Shown in pieces: positions 21,783 to 34,934 of a DNA stretch of 64,000 nucleotides. This DNA comes from Macrostomum lignano (Eukaryota). The DNA lies in assembly GCA_002269645.1 (NCBI GenBank), contig NIVC01003745.1, positions 15,156 through 79,155 on the forward strand. The letters run 5' to 3'. The position numbers and the translations under genes were made by a program. A model generated the notes under the pieces. It was given only the letters and a program-made list of their open reading frames with translations, searched no databases and was not told the DNA's origin. Position 1 is the first letter of the stretch; the number at the start of each line of letters is the position of its first letter.

Positions 21783-24700
21783 TCACGTACAGGCGGCCTG
21801 AGGCTGCCGAAGACTCGCGCAGGCAGGCGAAGGGTCCGCAGTGGCCGACTCGCGAGGCATCGGCTCTGAGTCAGCGGGCACCGGCTCAGCGGGCACCGGC
21901 TCAGCAGATACTGGCTCAGCAGATACTGGCTCAGCGGGCACCGGCTCAGCAGACACTGGCTCAGCAGATACCGGCTCAGCAGATACTGGCTCAGCGGGCA
22001 CCGGCTCAGCAGATACTGGCTCAGCGGGCACCGGCTCAGCAGATACCGGCTCAGCGGGCACCGGCTCAGCGGGCACCAGCTCAGCGGGCACCGGCTCAGC
22101 AGACACTGACTCAGCAGGCACCGGCTCAGCGGGCACCAACTCAGCAGATACCGGCTCAGCGGGCACCGGCTCAGCAGATACCGGCTCAGCGGGCACCGGC
22201 TCAGCGGGCACCAACTCAGCAGATACCGGCTCAGCGGGCACCGGCTCAGCGGGCACCGGCTCAGCAGGCACCGGCTCAGCGGGCACAAACCCAGAAGTCG
22301 CGGACTCCGCCGGTTGCGAGTCTCCAGCCGATGTCTCAGGGCCAATCCTGGCATAGAACAGCAGGTAGGCCTCCGCGTTCAGCGCCTGAGCCTCTGAGGC
22401 GGGAGACACGTGCGAGTCGCTGATGTGGTACCAGCGGCCGGACTGGGCGCACACGTAGGCGGTGTAGTGACCGCCGGCCAGGCTGCCGGAGTGCTCAACA
22501 ATTGAGCAGAGCTGGAAATCAATCAGCTGGCCGGAAGCAACAGCGAGGCGCAGCAGCAGCGGGCAGCGGATGTGGCTGCCCGACTTGCGCAGCTGGCGAC
22601 CCTGCTGGGCGAAGCGCTTCAACTGCAGCGTCAGCAGCCGCGGCGGCTGGTCGATGAGCAGCCGCTTGCTGTGATCAGTGGAGGCGCCGCAGCCTTCGCA
22701 GCGAACCCGGTTGCCAGCGGTGAGCAACTCGGCGGCAGTGAACTGGAACAGGCAGTGCTCCAGCGTGCCAGGTGGGGGCAACGGCTCTGACCGCAAAGGC
22801 TGCGACGCTGACGGAGGCGCTTTAGTCGAAGCCTTATTGTCTGTCTCCTCGGGTTCGCTGCTGTCCGCCAGGCAGCCCTCCAGCGTGTCCGTGCGGTTCA
22901 GCAGCTCCGGCGTGCCGGACTCCGCCTCCATGCCGGAGTCCACGTCGCTGCGAGCGTCCTGGACAGCTTTCTCTTTTGAAGCATCCTGCTGAGCCTCCTT
23001 CACCACCGACTCCTCAGCTGCCGGCTTCTCTACACCCGCCTCCTTCATCTCCAACTCCTCATCTGCCGGCTTCTCTGCACCCGCCTCCTTCATCTCCAAC
23101 TCCTCAGCTGCCAGCTTCTCCGCACCCGCCTCCTTCATCTCCGACTCCTCAGCTGCCGGCTTCTCTACACCCGCCTCCTTCATCTCCAACTCCTCATCTG
23201 CCGGCTTCTCTGCACCCGCCTCCTTCATCTCCAACTCCTCAGCTGCCAGCTTCTCCGCACCCGCCTCCTTCATCTCCGACTCCTCAGCTGCCGGCTTCTC
23301 TGCACCCGCCTCCTTCATCTCCGACTCCTCAGCTGCCGGCTTCTCCGCACCCGCCTCCTTCATCTCCGACTCCTCAGCTGCCGGCTTCTCTGAACCCGCC
23401 TCCTTCATCTCCGACTCCTCAGCTGCCGGCTTCTCCGCACCTTTGCCCGCGCTCCCGTCGGCCTTGTCGGGATTCTCAACGGCGCGGGAGTCCAGCTCCG
23501 CCTTCTCAATCTCAGGCTCGTCCGCCTTATCACCCAGGGTGAGGCTTTCCAGCTTCTTCTCCGCCTCCATCTCGTCCAGCCGGCCCTTCTCAATCTGCTG
23601 CTGCCGCTGCTGCTTGGCCGCGCGCTTCTGCTGCTTTTTGGTGAGCCGCTGCTGGCGCCGGTTCTTCTCCCGCAGATGCTTCGGCTCGGGGGTCCTGGCT
23701 GTGGACGAAGTCGAAGGCGACACAGAGCGCGGCGCCGCCGAAGGCCGGTGGTGGACGGTCTCGGTGATGGGCAGCATGAGGTCCTGGAATATCTCTGGCG
23801 TACGGGACGCCCTGCCGCACTGCAGGCAGACCAGCTCGGAGACCAGGCGGCCGGAGAACTCGGCGTCAATCACCGTGCTGTCCCTGGCGCTGTGGTTGAG
23901 GGCGCGAGCTCGATCCCGTAGCTCCTGCGGCACCTGCAGTGACGGAGAAGGTAAAATATGCTGAGTCATGAGTTCAACGGGCTTGGGTGCTCCGTACCGC
24001 TCAATAAGTATGGAAAGGGAAACTGCAGCTTGGGAAACACCGCTGCAAAAATTGCCCTCATCCTGACATGGTGAGGATGATGTCATGATGTGACATGGTG
24101 AGGATGATGTGACATGGTGAGGATGATGTGACAAGGTGAGGGATGATATGACATGGTGAGGGATCATGTGACATGGTGAGGATGATGTGACATGGTGAGG
24201 ATGATGTGACATGGTGAGGATGATGTGACATGGTGAGGATGATGTGACATGGTGAGGGATCATGTGACATGGTGAGGATGATGTGACATGGTGAGGGATC
24301 ATGTGACATGGTGAGGATGATGTGACATGGTGAGGGATCATGTGACATGGTGAGGGATCATGTGACATGGTGAGGATCATGTGACATGGTGAGGATGATG
24401 TGACATGGTGAGGGATCATGTGACATGGTGAGGATCATGTGACATGGTGAGGATCATGTGACATGGTGAGGGATGATGTGACATGGTGAGGATGATGTGA
24501 CATGGTGAGGGATCATGTGACATGGTGAGGGATCATGTGACATGGTGAGGATCATGTGACATGGTGAGGATGATGTGACATGGTGAGGGATCATGTGACA
24601 TGGTGAGGGATCATGTGACATGGTGAGGATGATGTGACATGGTGAGCAGGTGGCTCATCAGCTTTTGCTTTTGCAATTCGTGATCCCCACAGGCACAAAA

Positions 24701-25718
24701 AGCAACTCATTTAGCGCAGACTATGAATTCGGGGAGACTCACCTGCTTGGGATCGGAGCCCTTGCCGAGTCCCAGGCTGGCCAGGATGGCCGTCTGGATG
24801 CGCCGCACCTCCTCGGTCTTGGAGGCGTCCAGCAGCGTCCTCAGCAGCTCGTGCGCGTCCTGCTGCTGGCGGCCCCGGAAGCGGGGTTCCGCTCCATCAC
24901 CTGGCCGAGCAGGTCGGACGGCCGGTGTGGCGCCTGCTGGCCGCTGCGGATGGCCGCCAGGGTGGCCGCCAAGCACTTCGTGGTCCGGCCGGCTGGCTCG
25001 GTGAGGCGCAGCCGCAGCGGCTCGGCTCCGGCCGGCAGCGTCAGCTCGCCAGAGGCGGCGACCGCGTGCTGTGCGAGCAGATCGGCCAGGCCGGGCAGGT
25101 GGGCGAGGCACTGCAGGATGGAGTTGAAGAAGCAGGTGTTGCCCAGGTTCGACAAGCCGCGGCACTCCCGCCCGGCGGCGGCGGAGACAGCACGACGCCC
25201 GTCAGCAGCGGCGGCAGCCGGCAGGGCGGCCAAGCGGTCGGCGTGGCAGCGCAGCAGGTTGCAGGCGGTGGCGAACTCGCCGGAGCCGCTGGTGGGCAGT
25301 TCGCGGTCGCAGACGTAGCACCAGGCCTGGGGAGGCAGCAGGATGGAGCAGAGCAGTCAGGGAGGGCGTCTTAAAAATTTCTATGCGCCCAGACCGACGG
25401 AGAAAAAATGGCGTCACTTACCTGCAGCTGGTCCATCGACACAGCGACCGGATGGCTGGCTGTTTTGAAGTGCTTCAGCGCCTGTCGGCAGTCGGTGTAG
25501 CGGCCGCAGCCTGTGGCGGCGCAGCGCAGGCAGAGCCAGAGCCCGCCGGTGGCGCCGCCAGCGCAGCCGTCACAAACCGGCCTGCACGGCTGCGCGTCCG
25601 CCGTGCCGCCGAGCTGGCGGAGCGTCTTGCGGACCGCGGCCAGGTCCACCCCGGCTTGGAGGTGCGGGCAGCGGCCGCCGCCAGCCGGTGCTGCTGACTG
25701 GCGCTTCTTTTTTGGCAT
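21783..25718 (-). CDS. Ubiquitin carboxyl-terminal hydrolase, USP16/USP45 family
   Basis: Exons 25718-25422, 25326-24743 (one base short in the run at 24883-86), 23933-21783. zf-UBP (CPHL...WLCLRC..GCGR...H...AWCYVCD), Cys box GLSNLGNTCFFNSILQCL, QQDAHE, His box VEHSGSLAGGHYTAYV, and WYHISDSHV. Confidence 0.9.
24066..24646. repeat. 19-20-bp minisatellite GTGACATGGTGAG(GATGAT/GGATCAT), USP intron 2 copy
   Basis: Same unit family as 26117-27367. Confidence 0.95.
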
Positions 25719-26116
25719 TGCGGGTGGGGCTGCAAGAGACGCATTGAGGCTGGCTTATTACTGATGTCGCGACTTTCTTAGTCATTTCTTTATTCAACTT
25801 CACTCGTCCCTGTTTACTCTGTTCTTTCTCTCTCTGCCTAGTTCAATCTTGCTATTCTTATCTCTCTCTCCCTCGCCGCCTTCTGATTGGCTCTCCATTC
25901 TCGCCTCTCTCTTTAGTCGCGCACTCCACCCCTCTCTTTACGAGTATTATTCTGGGCTCAACCCCCCTCCTTAAGTTAGTTTTATGAATACATTGGTTTG
26001 GGCCCTGCGCCCACTTACTGCTCCTTTCAGTGTTACAATTCAATTCAACTCTTATTTAAATATTCTTTAGTTTAGATCTATTCTTCTCTTTACAACTGAT
26101 GACATCGTGCGGCTTC

Positions 26117-27367
26117 GTGTGACATGGTGAGGGATTATATAACATGCTGAGGATGATGTGACACGGTGAGGGATCATGTGACATGGTGAGGGATCATGTG
26201 ACATGGTAAGGGATCATGTGACATGGTGAGGATGATGTGACACGGTGAGGGATCATGTGACATGGTGAGGATCATGTGACATGGTGAGGATCATGTGACA
26301 TGGTGAGGATGATGTGACATGGTGAGGGATCATGTGACATGGTGAGGGATCATGTGACATGGTAAGGGATCATGTGACATGGTGAGGATGATGTGACACG
26401 GTGAGGGATCATGTGACATGGTGAGGGATCATGTGACATGGTGAGGATCATGTGACATGGTGAGGATGATGTGACATGGTGAGGATGATGTGACATGGTG
26501 AGGGATCATGTGACATGGTGAGGATCATGTGACATGGTGAGGGATCATGTGACATGGTGAGGATCATGTGACATGGTGAGGATGATGTGACATGGTGAGG
26601 GATCATGTGACATGGTGAGGGATCATGTGACATGGTGAGGATCATGTGACATGGTGAGGATGATGTGACATGGTGAGGATGATGTGACATGGTGAGGATC
26701 ATGTGACATGGTGAGGATGATGTGACATGGTGAGGATCATGTGACATGGTGAGGATGATGTGACATGGTGAGGGATCATGTGACATGGTGAGGGATCATG
26801 TGACATGGTGAGGATCATGTGACATGGTGAGGATGATGTGACATGGTGAGGGATCATGTGACATGGTGAGGGATCATGTGACATGGTGAGGATCATGTGA
26901 CATGGTGAGGATGATGTGACATGGTGAGGATCATGTGACATGGTGAGGATGATGTGACATGGTGAGGATCATGTGACATGGTGAGGATGATGTGACATGG
27001 TGAGGGATCATGTGACATGGTGAGGGATCATGTGACATGGTGAGGATCATGTGACATGGTGAGGATGATGTGACATGGTGAGGGATCATGTGACATGGTG
27101 AGGGATCATGTGACATGGTGAGGGATCATGTGACATGGTGAGGATCATGTGACATGGTGAGGATGATGTGACATGGTGAGGGATCATGTGACATGGTGAG
27201 GGATCATGTGACATGGTGAGGGATCATGTGACATGGTGAGGATCATGTGACATGGTGAGGATGATGTGACATGGTGAGGATGATGTGACATGGTGAGGGA
27301 TCATGTGACATGGTGAGGATCATGTGACATGGTGAGGATGATGTGACATGGTGAGGGATCATGTGAC
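26117..27367. repeat. 19-20-bp minisatellite GTGACATGGTGAG(GATGAT/GGATCAT), upstream-of-USP copy
   Basis: About 63 units in the same orientation as the intronic array. Confidence 0.95.
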
Positions 27368-27940
27368 GGAACACGGTGTGATAAAATGTAGTCTTGAGTG
27401 ACTTTCTGAGGCTGGGGCAAGTTCTGGTGCAGCAGTTGCTTACAGCTTGCAAGTCTTTCTACCCAGTCCTATGGATACCTATGGATAAGCAATTTCAATG
27501 GCTTTCATGATGTTTTAAATATTGATCTTCCAGTAATGAGCTAAAATATTAAAGGTTGGAAAAATCAAAACTCAAGGTTACACAATTAATTAAAAATAAT
27601 CAGTTTATGATATAATGCAGATCACGGAGTAGTTACTAGTTTAATTCATACTGAGCAGTGACATTGGCAGCTAAAGCCTGCAGAGATTGCTAATGGAATT
27701 AAAGGTCAGCTGACTGGCATACTAAGATGAGCCAGTGAATACAGAGGCACCGCCAGTGGTCCAGCGGGCACAAATAAATAAAAGTGCAAAATAAATCTTG
27801 TTTAAATATCAGCCAATTGCTCAATTGCTGGATTATCGACCGATTGGCATCTCTGCCCAAGACGCGCCTCTCATTTTCACATCGCCCAGCCCAGCTGTGC
27901 ACTGCAGCCGTGCTCTGGCCAACAGTAAAATATTAACGGT

Positions 27941-28262
27941 CACATTGAAGTTGTGATAGCGGGCCGCGGCGGGCTAATGTACAGAAGGCGGGTCACATTG
28001 AAGTTGTGATAGCGGGCCGCGGCGGGCTAATGTACAGAAGGCGGGTCACATTGAAGTTGTGATAGCGGGCCGCGGCGGGCTAATGTACAGAAGGCGGGTC
28101 ACATTGAAGTTCTGATAGCGGGCCGCGGCGGGCTAATGTACAGAAGGCGGGTCACATTGAAGTTGTGATAGCGGGCCGCGGCGGGCTAATGTACAGAAGG
28201 CGGGTCACATTGAAGTTGTGATAGCGGGCCGCGGCGGGCTAATGTACAGAAGGCGGGTCACA
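27941..28262. repeat. 53-bp tandem repeat x6
   Basis: Near-identical units of CACATTGAAGTTGTGATAGCGGGCCGCGGCGGGCTAATGTACAGAAGGCGGGT. Confidence 0.95.
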
Positions 28263-28446
28263 GAGCCCAGTCACAAAGCACTCACAATGGAACCCAGAGG
28301 AACCAATTTTGGGAAATATTCGGGAATCTCTCAACGGTCTCGAATGCTGCTGACTTGCAACCTTCTGAAAAGGGAAATCGAGAGCTGCTCCGTGAAGCTG
28401 CTTTATTCGGGAGACCACCTGCGTTCGCAGCAGCGCTGCACTCCGC

Positions 28447-31139
28447 TCAGCCGTCCACCTCGGTGTTCAGCGAATTGTACACCGCACCCGACTGCCTCTC
28501 GCGTCGGCGGAACCAGCGGCAGGCGCCAACGAAGGCCAGCATGGCGCAGGTGAGCAGCAGGAGGCCGCCGGCCAGCAGCAGCTGCACGCGGCTGCTCAGC
28601 CCGCCTAGGATGCCGTCGCCGCCTTCAACGCGGCACCGCTTGATGAGCTCCGGCAGGCTGAGCCGCATGGGCGCCAGGCCGGCGAGGGCGCTGGCCAGCG
28701 GGCAGGGCTGCCCGGGCTTCGGACAGCCCGGCGGCGGCAGGGTGAACAGCTGCCGCTGGCTGCCGGTGCCGTTGCTGAAGAAAAACTTCAGGCTGAACTG
28801 GCCGGAATCGGAGTGCAGCTCGAACAGCACGGCCGAGGCGAAGTCCGGCCACACGAATTCTGTGTTGCCCAGGGCGGCCAGCGCGGAGGCCACCGTGGTG
28901 TCGTGGTCGGAGTAGAGGCGCAGGCGGGCGCCGCTGAAAACCGACGGGGATTCTCCATTGCATGCGACGTTTCATGCAGTCTGCATGCAATAGCTTGTTT
29001 GGGGTCAGGAGAGCCAAACAGCCTGGGGGTCTGGAGTCAGGAGCCAAACAGCCTGGGGGTCAGGAGCCCAATAGCTGGTGTCAGATGGGGAGCGATCAAG
29101 ATCCCCACACGGAACGGGGGAGTGACCAAGATCTCACACAGGGCAGGGAGTGACCCCGATCCCCGACACGGAACGGGAGAGTGACCCACAGGGCAGGGAG
29201 TGACCCCGATCCCACACAGGGGCAGGGGAGTGACCCGATCCCACACAGGGCAGGGAGTGACCCGATCCCACACAGGGCAGGGAGTGACCCCATCCCACAC
29301 AGGGACAGGGAGTGACCCCATCCCACTCAGGGACAGGGAGTGACCCCATCCCACACTGGGGCAGGGAGTGACCCCATCCCACACTGGGGCAGGGAGTGAC
29401 CCCATCCCACACTGGGGCAGGGAGTGACCCCATCCCACACAGGGACAGGGAGTGACCCCATCTCACACAGGGGCAGGGGGTGACCCCATCCCACACAGTT
29501 CAGGGAGTGACCCCATCCCACACAGGGCAGGGAGTGACCCCATCCCACACAGGGCAGGGAGTGACCCCATCCCACACTGGGGCAGGGAGTGACCCCATCC
29601 CACACTGGGGCAGGGAGTGACCCCATCCCACACAGGGGCAAGGAGTGACCCCATCCCACACAGGACAGGGAGTGACCCCATCCCGCACAGGGCAGGGAGT
29701 GACCCCATCCCACACAGGGCAGGGAGTGACCCCATCTCACACAGGGCAGGGAGTGACCCCATCCCGCACAGGGAGTTCTCCCAATTACCGGTCAGGAAGC
29801 CGGCCGTGGCTGATGTTGTCCATGGTGCCGAGGATTTCGTCCAGCAGCCGGCCGGAGCCGAAGCGCACCAGGTCCGGAGTCCAGGAGTACTCATTCCACT
29901 GGAAGCTCCCACGGTCACGAGGCGCTGCCAGTCGGGCCCGCTGTAGTTCAGCCAGGCGGGGGCGGGCAGGCCTTCGACCTTGTTGATCCACAGCGTGTCC
30001 AGCACTTTGTGGACGGAGGCAGGGGTGACGGCCATGCCCGCGCCGGCGCTCAGGCGCTTAAGAAAGTCGGCGTAGGGCCGATAGAACTGCAGCCTTGCCG
30101 GGTCGGCGTTCACCTGCTTGAACTGGCGCTCCCGTTCTGGGCACGGGAAATCGGGGGCCTCCAGCAGGTAATCCTTAGCCTTCGGTACCGTGTGCACCGG
30201 GATTGGTTGCCATGGTAACTGCGAGTTCCAGCGCTGATCTCCAACTGGCGGGAAGAGGCCAGCAAGGCAGGACTGGGCGCTCATGAGGGTGCGGTCGAAG
30301 TCGGTGGAGCGAACGTAGTGCGCGCTAGAGTTGTAGCGACTGCCCAGGAAGGCGTCGTACCTGGCGGAGGCGAGTGAAAGGTGAGTGCAGAGGAGGGAGT
30401 TCACAGAAGGGGAGTGCAGATAAGGGGAGTGCAGAGGAGGGAGTTCACAGAAGGGGAGTGCAGAGAAGGGGAGTTCACAGAAGGGGAGTGCAGAGAAGGG
30501 GAGTGCAGAGAAGGGGAGTGCAGAGGAGGGGAGTGCAGAGAAGGGGAGTGCAGAGAAGGGGAGTGCAGAGAAGGGGAGTGCAGAGAAGGGGAGTGCAGAG
30601 AAGGGGAGTGCAGAGAAGGGGAGTGCAGAGAAGGGGAGTGCAGAGAAGGGGAGTGCAGAAGAGGGAGTTCAGAGAAGGGGAGTGCAGAGAAGGGGAGTGC
30701 AGAGGAGGGAGTTCACAGAAGGGGAGTGCAGAGAAGGGGAGTGCAGAGAGGGGGAGTGCAGAGAAGGGGAATGCAGAGAAGGGGAGTTCACAGAAGGGGA
30801 GTGCAGAGGAGGGAGTTCACAGAAAGGGACTGCAGAGAAAGGGACTGCAGAGAAGTGGAGTGCAGAGGGGAGAAGGTGAGTGCAGGGAAGGTCGCCAATG
30901 ACTCACCTCTTCCTGAGGAACTGTCCCAGGTTAAACTCGTTCATCTTGCCAATATTGGTGAGCTCGCCAAGCCCGTCCTTCCAGTAATTGTCGACAGTGA
31001 AATTCTGGCTGGGCAGAAGCTGCACAGGCGACCGGTGACCGTGGCGGAACAGCACGGATACGTGAACCAGCTCGGTCGTTGCCATGCCAACCAGAGCGCA
31101 CAGCAACAGCAGCAAGCGGTGAATTGAGACCGACAGCAT
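28447..31139 (-). CDS. Lysosomal-type histidine acid phosphatase (ACP2/ACP3 family), type I membrane protein
   Basis: Exons 31139-30907, 30360-29789 (one base short at 29908-10), 28933-28447. Signal peptide, RHGHRSP catalytic motif, STDFDRTLMSA, WQPIPVHT, YSDHDTT, a C-terminal TM segment and a YNSL tyrosine-type sorting motif. Confidence 0.9.
29125..29775. repeat. Intronic 25-26-bp minisatellite (CAGGGAGTGACCCCATCCCACACAGGG)
   Basis: Phosphatase intron 2. Confidence 0.9.
30385..30880. repeat. Intronic 15-bp minisatellite (GGGGAGTGCAGAGAA)
   Basis: Fills phosphatase intron 1. Confidence 0.9.
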
Positions 31140-31493
31140 GGTGGACTGTATCCCAGGCTGAAGTTCGAGAAGCAATTTTTTTTAAATATGTGAGAGGTCA
31201 GTGCGAACATATGCTGCGATAATATAAGGAAGGTGCGAAGTTCAAGCATCAGCGAGCGCTTGCTGGAAAGACGGGAGACAAGAGAGCTACAATGTACAGG
31301 CAAATGTACACAAGTGTGGTGAGCGCACTGGGCAGGCAGTCAGCTCTCTCTCTGTGCCTGCCAATCTGCCTATCCACCCAAGGCACAAGCAAAGCAATGC
31401 CGGGTCAGCTGCAGTTTGCGAATCAGACAGGGTGGCCTCGGCTAATTCGATAGAAAAGCTGCAATCTGCCCCGCCAGAAGCAGAGGAGTGGGC

Positions 31494-32661
31494 ATGAGCT
31501 ACACGCTAAGGCAGGCAGAGCAGCACGAGCTGAGCAGGCGGGACCTGCGCCAGCTGGCGTTTCTGCCCTACGACTACACAGCGCACCGGGTGGCTCTGGG
31601 CTACGCCAGGCACTGGGCGATTCTGGTCTTGGCCCTGGCGGCGACGGCGGCCGCCCAGCTGGCCTGGGGCTGCCCACTGCTGTCAGCCGGGGTGGCCGCC
31701 TGCGTGCCGCTCTACGCCTAAGCGCATAGCCGGGCCTTCGACTGGCTGGTCATCCAGCGCGGCCAGCCGGACTACTGGGACTTCGCCGCCGCCTGGCGCC
31801 TGCCGCACCGCGTCTACGTGGCAGAGTGCGATAGCAACAGTGAGCACTCCTACAGGCCAATATTGAGCACTTATCTCTAGAAGGGTGCAAGGCATTTTCT
31901 AAAGGGAATGTCACGGACACTCAGTGAGATGTCAGTCCCGTACATCTGAGCCCAGTATCAGCCGAGACAGCATGGGAAGGATTGGCAGATCGGTAGCATT
32001 GGAGAGAGCAGAGACAGTGAGTACACTGCAGTGATCGCTGGGTGGTTTCATCGATTCTGTGTGGGCATAACGGATATCAGGGGTGTCAACAATCTCTATA
32101 TGGTTCAGAGGACCGCTGGGGTGTTAAGAGAGCTTCAGTTGGGTGTCAGTGGCTTTTGGAGGTTGTCAGCGATATCTAAATGTGTCGCGCATCACCATAG
32201 CGATGTCAGAGTTCTCTCCATCACTAATGCAGCAGAGCCTGCACCCCTTGCACCTGAGTGACACCATGACCTGCAGACCCTATTTTGTCACCCCCCACCC
32301 AGAGCGGCTGATCGGCGTGGTCTGCCTGCAGCACCAGCCAGACGGAAGCTGCGACCTGCAGCACGCTGCCGTGGTGGCCAGCCGTCGCCGCGGAGGAGTC
32401 GGCAGCGGGCTGGTGCGGCTGGCGCTAACGGAGGCTGGCCGGCTGGGCTACAGCAGGGTGACCATGTACAGCACAACAGTGCAGGCGGCAGCGGTGGCCA
32501 TGTACAAGCGGCTGGGGATCGGGGTGGACCGCGTGCACAGCGTCGGAGTCAGCAAGCGAATTCCCTTCCTGCCGAAGCCGTTCGCCTACGTGCGCATGAG
32601 CGCGGAGCTGGGCAAGCAAGGGGGACTCGAATGCCTGCCCGAATCGCACAAGGACTGCTAG
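31494..32661 (+). CDS. NAT8/Camello-like membrane GNAT acetyltransferase with an in-frame TAA at 31719-31721
   Basis: Exons 31494-31839 and 32303-32661 (phase 1). N-terminal hydrophobic hairpin, VYVAE..K.LIGVV, acetyl-CoA motif RRGGVG, GYSRVTMYST.VQ.AA.AMY..LG. The reading frame continues cleanly past the TAA. Confidence 0.75.
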
Positions 32662-33495
32662 CCATGAACTCGGCTAGCAAGAGGCGCAGAATGGAAAAGC
32701 TTTATTGGACAAGACAGAACTCTGCAATTCGCTTGTTGCTGGTCTCCCAAATCCATGTTTCATATTGAAGTTAGAGGTACACAAAAAACCTATATTTGGC
32801 GTTGGAAATTTCAGTATTAATGTCTGGGATTTGGAGTGCTGCGAGACTGATTGATGCAGAAGTCACTAACAGACTTAGATTCTTTCTTCAAATCCGCTTT
32901 GTACTCACACTCAGACTGTACTCAGACTGAGTGTTAGAGCTATAATAAAACATAAATAAATGAAGCTCAAGCACAGCGAATGAAACAGACGCAGTCTTGC
33001 CGTAAAAAAAGGCATTTATTGATTGCTCACTAGCAAGCACACAATGGGATACAAAGCTTTCTCCAGGTTTATCTTAATAAAAATGCGCGAACAAATGACT
33101 CGCCAAAACTTAGCAATCTGGAATGGAAACCCGCTGGCCCCAGCTCAAGCTGCTTTACGTAATGACTGACGTCGGATCTTCAACAGTAAAACTGCTTGCG
33201 GAACTTACTTAGCCGGGCATGGAAATTGCGATGGGGCCAGCTTGTTCCTCCCCATACTTCCAAGTACCAGATAGAAGTCCTTGACCAGCAGCAGACTAAC
33301 CAGCAATTTTCGCCCGAATGCGAGCTCCAAGCCTTCAAGGCCGTTCAGACAGTGTAGGATTCCTTTTTTAAGATGCAAATTAAAAACCATGCTTCATCAA
33401 GAAGCAGAAACAACTGTCGGAGAATCCCCTACTTGTCAGTTCTACTGCTAAAGGAACAGAAAAAACGCAGTCACGTGACCGGCTCAAGCAGGAAC

Positions 33496-34917
33496 TCAGC
33501 CGGAAGCCACGGCGGCGCTGCTGCTGGCGGCGCTGGCAGCCAGGCTCTGGTCGTACCTCAGCTTGCTCCAGCGCTGGTTCACCGGCAGGAACGGGTCGGA
33601 CAGGACCCAGTTGTGCACTTCGTTGCCGCGCACTGTGAAGTACTTCTTGCCGATGCTGTCCCCAGCATGGCCCGCAGCAGGGTGTTCCGGCGCACCTGCT
33701 TCTGGTAGAAGCTGGCGCCACCCCGCGGATAGGCGGCGGCTGCGCGCTTGTCTACGCGGGCGTCCAGCGATTTGCGGTACGCGGAGTGCCACTGGTAGGC
33801 CATGACGGCCCACAGGCTGGTGGAGGCCGCCACCAGAGCGGACAGCAGCAAATTCCTCCCTAGGCGGGGCGAGCAAACAGGGGGCTCGTGTTAGAGAATT
33901 CAGTGTGGCGTCTGTGCGACAGGCGTCACGGCCCTGTGGAAGCTTGCGTGCCTGCGTACGTAGCTGTGTGCCTATGCGTGCTCAGGTGTGCATGTCTACG
34001 ATGACCTCTTCCTGCACCCAGCCAGAGCATGACTACAAAGCAATTGAAAACTCAGCAAATCGCTCACTGTTGGCCCGGCCTTTCAACAGGTTATCAACAA
34101 ACTGCCGACCGCTGCCCCTGGTGAACCAGAAGGTGGTGCCGATCACCCCGCTGGCTGCCAGGGTGCCGACAGCGGGCGGCACGTGGACAGCGTAGGAGTT
34201 CAGGTAGGCGAGCTCTCGTGCGAGCGCGAAGCCCAGCTCGTCCTGATTGAGCAGCAGGCAGTCGCGGTACAGCTCCCGGCCGCGCTTCGTGTTCAGCGAT
34301 AGCGGCCTGTCGTCAAAGAAGAAGACGTGCCGCTGCTCCTTGTCACTGGCCGAGTAGCCGAAGTGCTGCGGCAGGCCGAGGAAGGCCTGCGAAAAAGCAG
34401 CAATGCGAGCCTCAGCAGTACGCATCAAAGTGTCGGACTGTTTGAGTAAAACAGAAAAACTGAGCTTTCAAGGTGATTGAGAAACGAATGAGAAGTGATT
34501 CAATTGCTTTTCAGGCACCCACAGAGACGGTAAAGCCACGTGCGTCACGGCTTGGATCGGGAAGAAAAGGCAGCAGGACAACTAGGAACAATCAGGGATT
34601 CTTACCTGAAAGCCCTGGCTGGCGGACAGCCGGCCGAAGCGCACCGGGTCGACGCCGCGGCCGACGAACAGGCTGAGCTGGTCAATGCAGGCCGGCTGAA
34701 TGCCCAGCCTGTCCGCTGCGGCTCTCAGAGCGGAGCGGAGCTCCTGGGACACGGCGAGCATCTCGGAGCTGCCCTGCTGGGTGCAGGCGCAGCGGTAGGC
34801 CCGGTAGGACTGCGTCAGGTTGTGCAGCCCGTAGTATGCGGCATCTGCGGCCAGCGTGCCGGCCAGCATGGCCGACAGCAGCTTGTGGGAGCGGATCAGC
34901 GACAGCAAGTGGGACAT
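33496..34917 (-). CDS. TMEM177: TMEM177-like mitochondrial inner-membrane protein
   Basis: Exons 34917-34606, 34386-34068, 33859-33496 (one G short at 33660-63). FALARELAYL and AY.RGG.SFYQK....N..LR..LG..GKK.FT..GN match the TMEM177 pattern as recalled. Confidence 0.75.
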
Positions 34918-34934
34918 GCGGCTGCGAATGGGGA

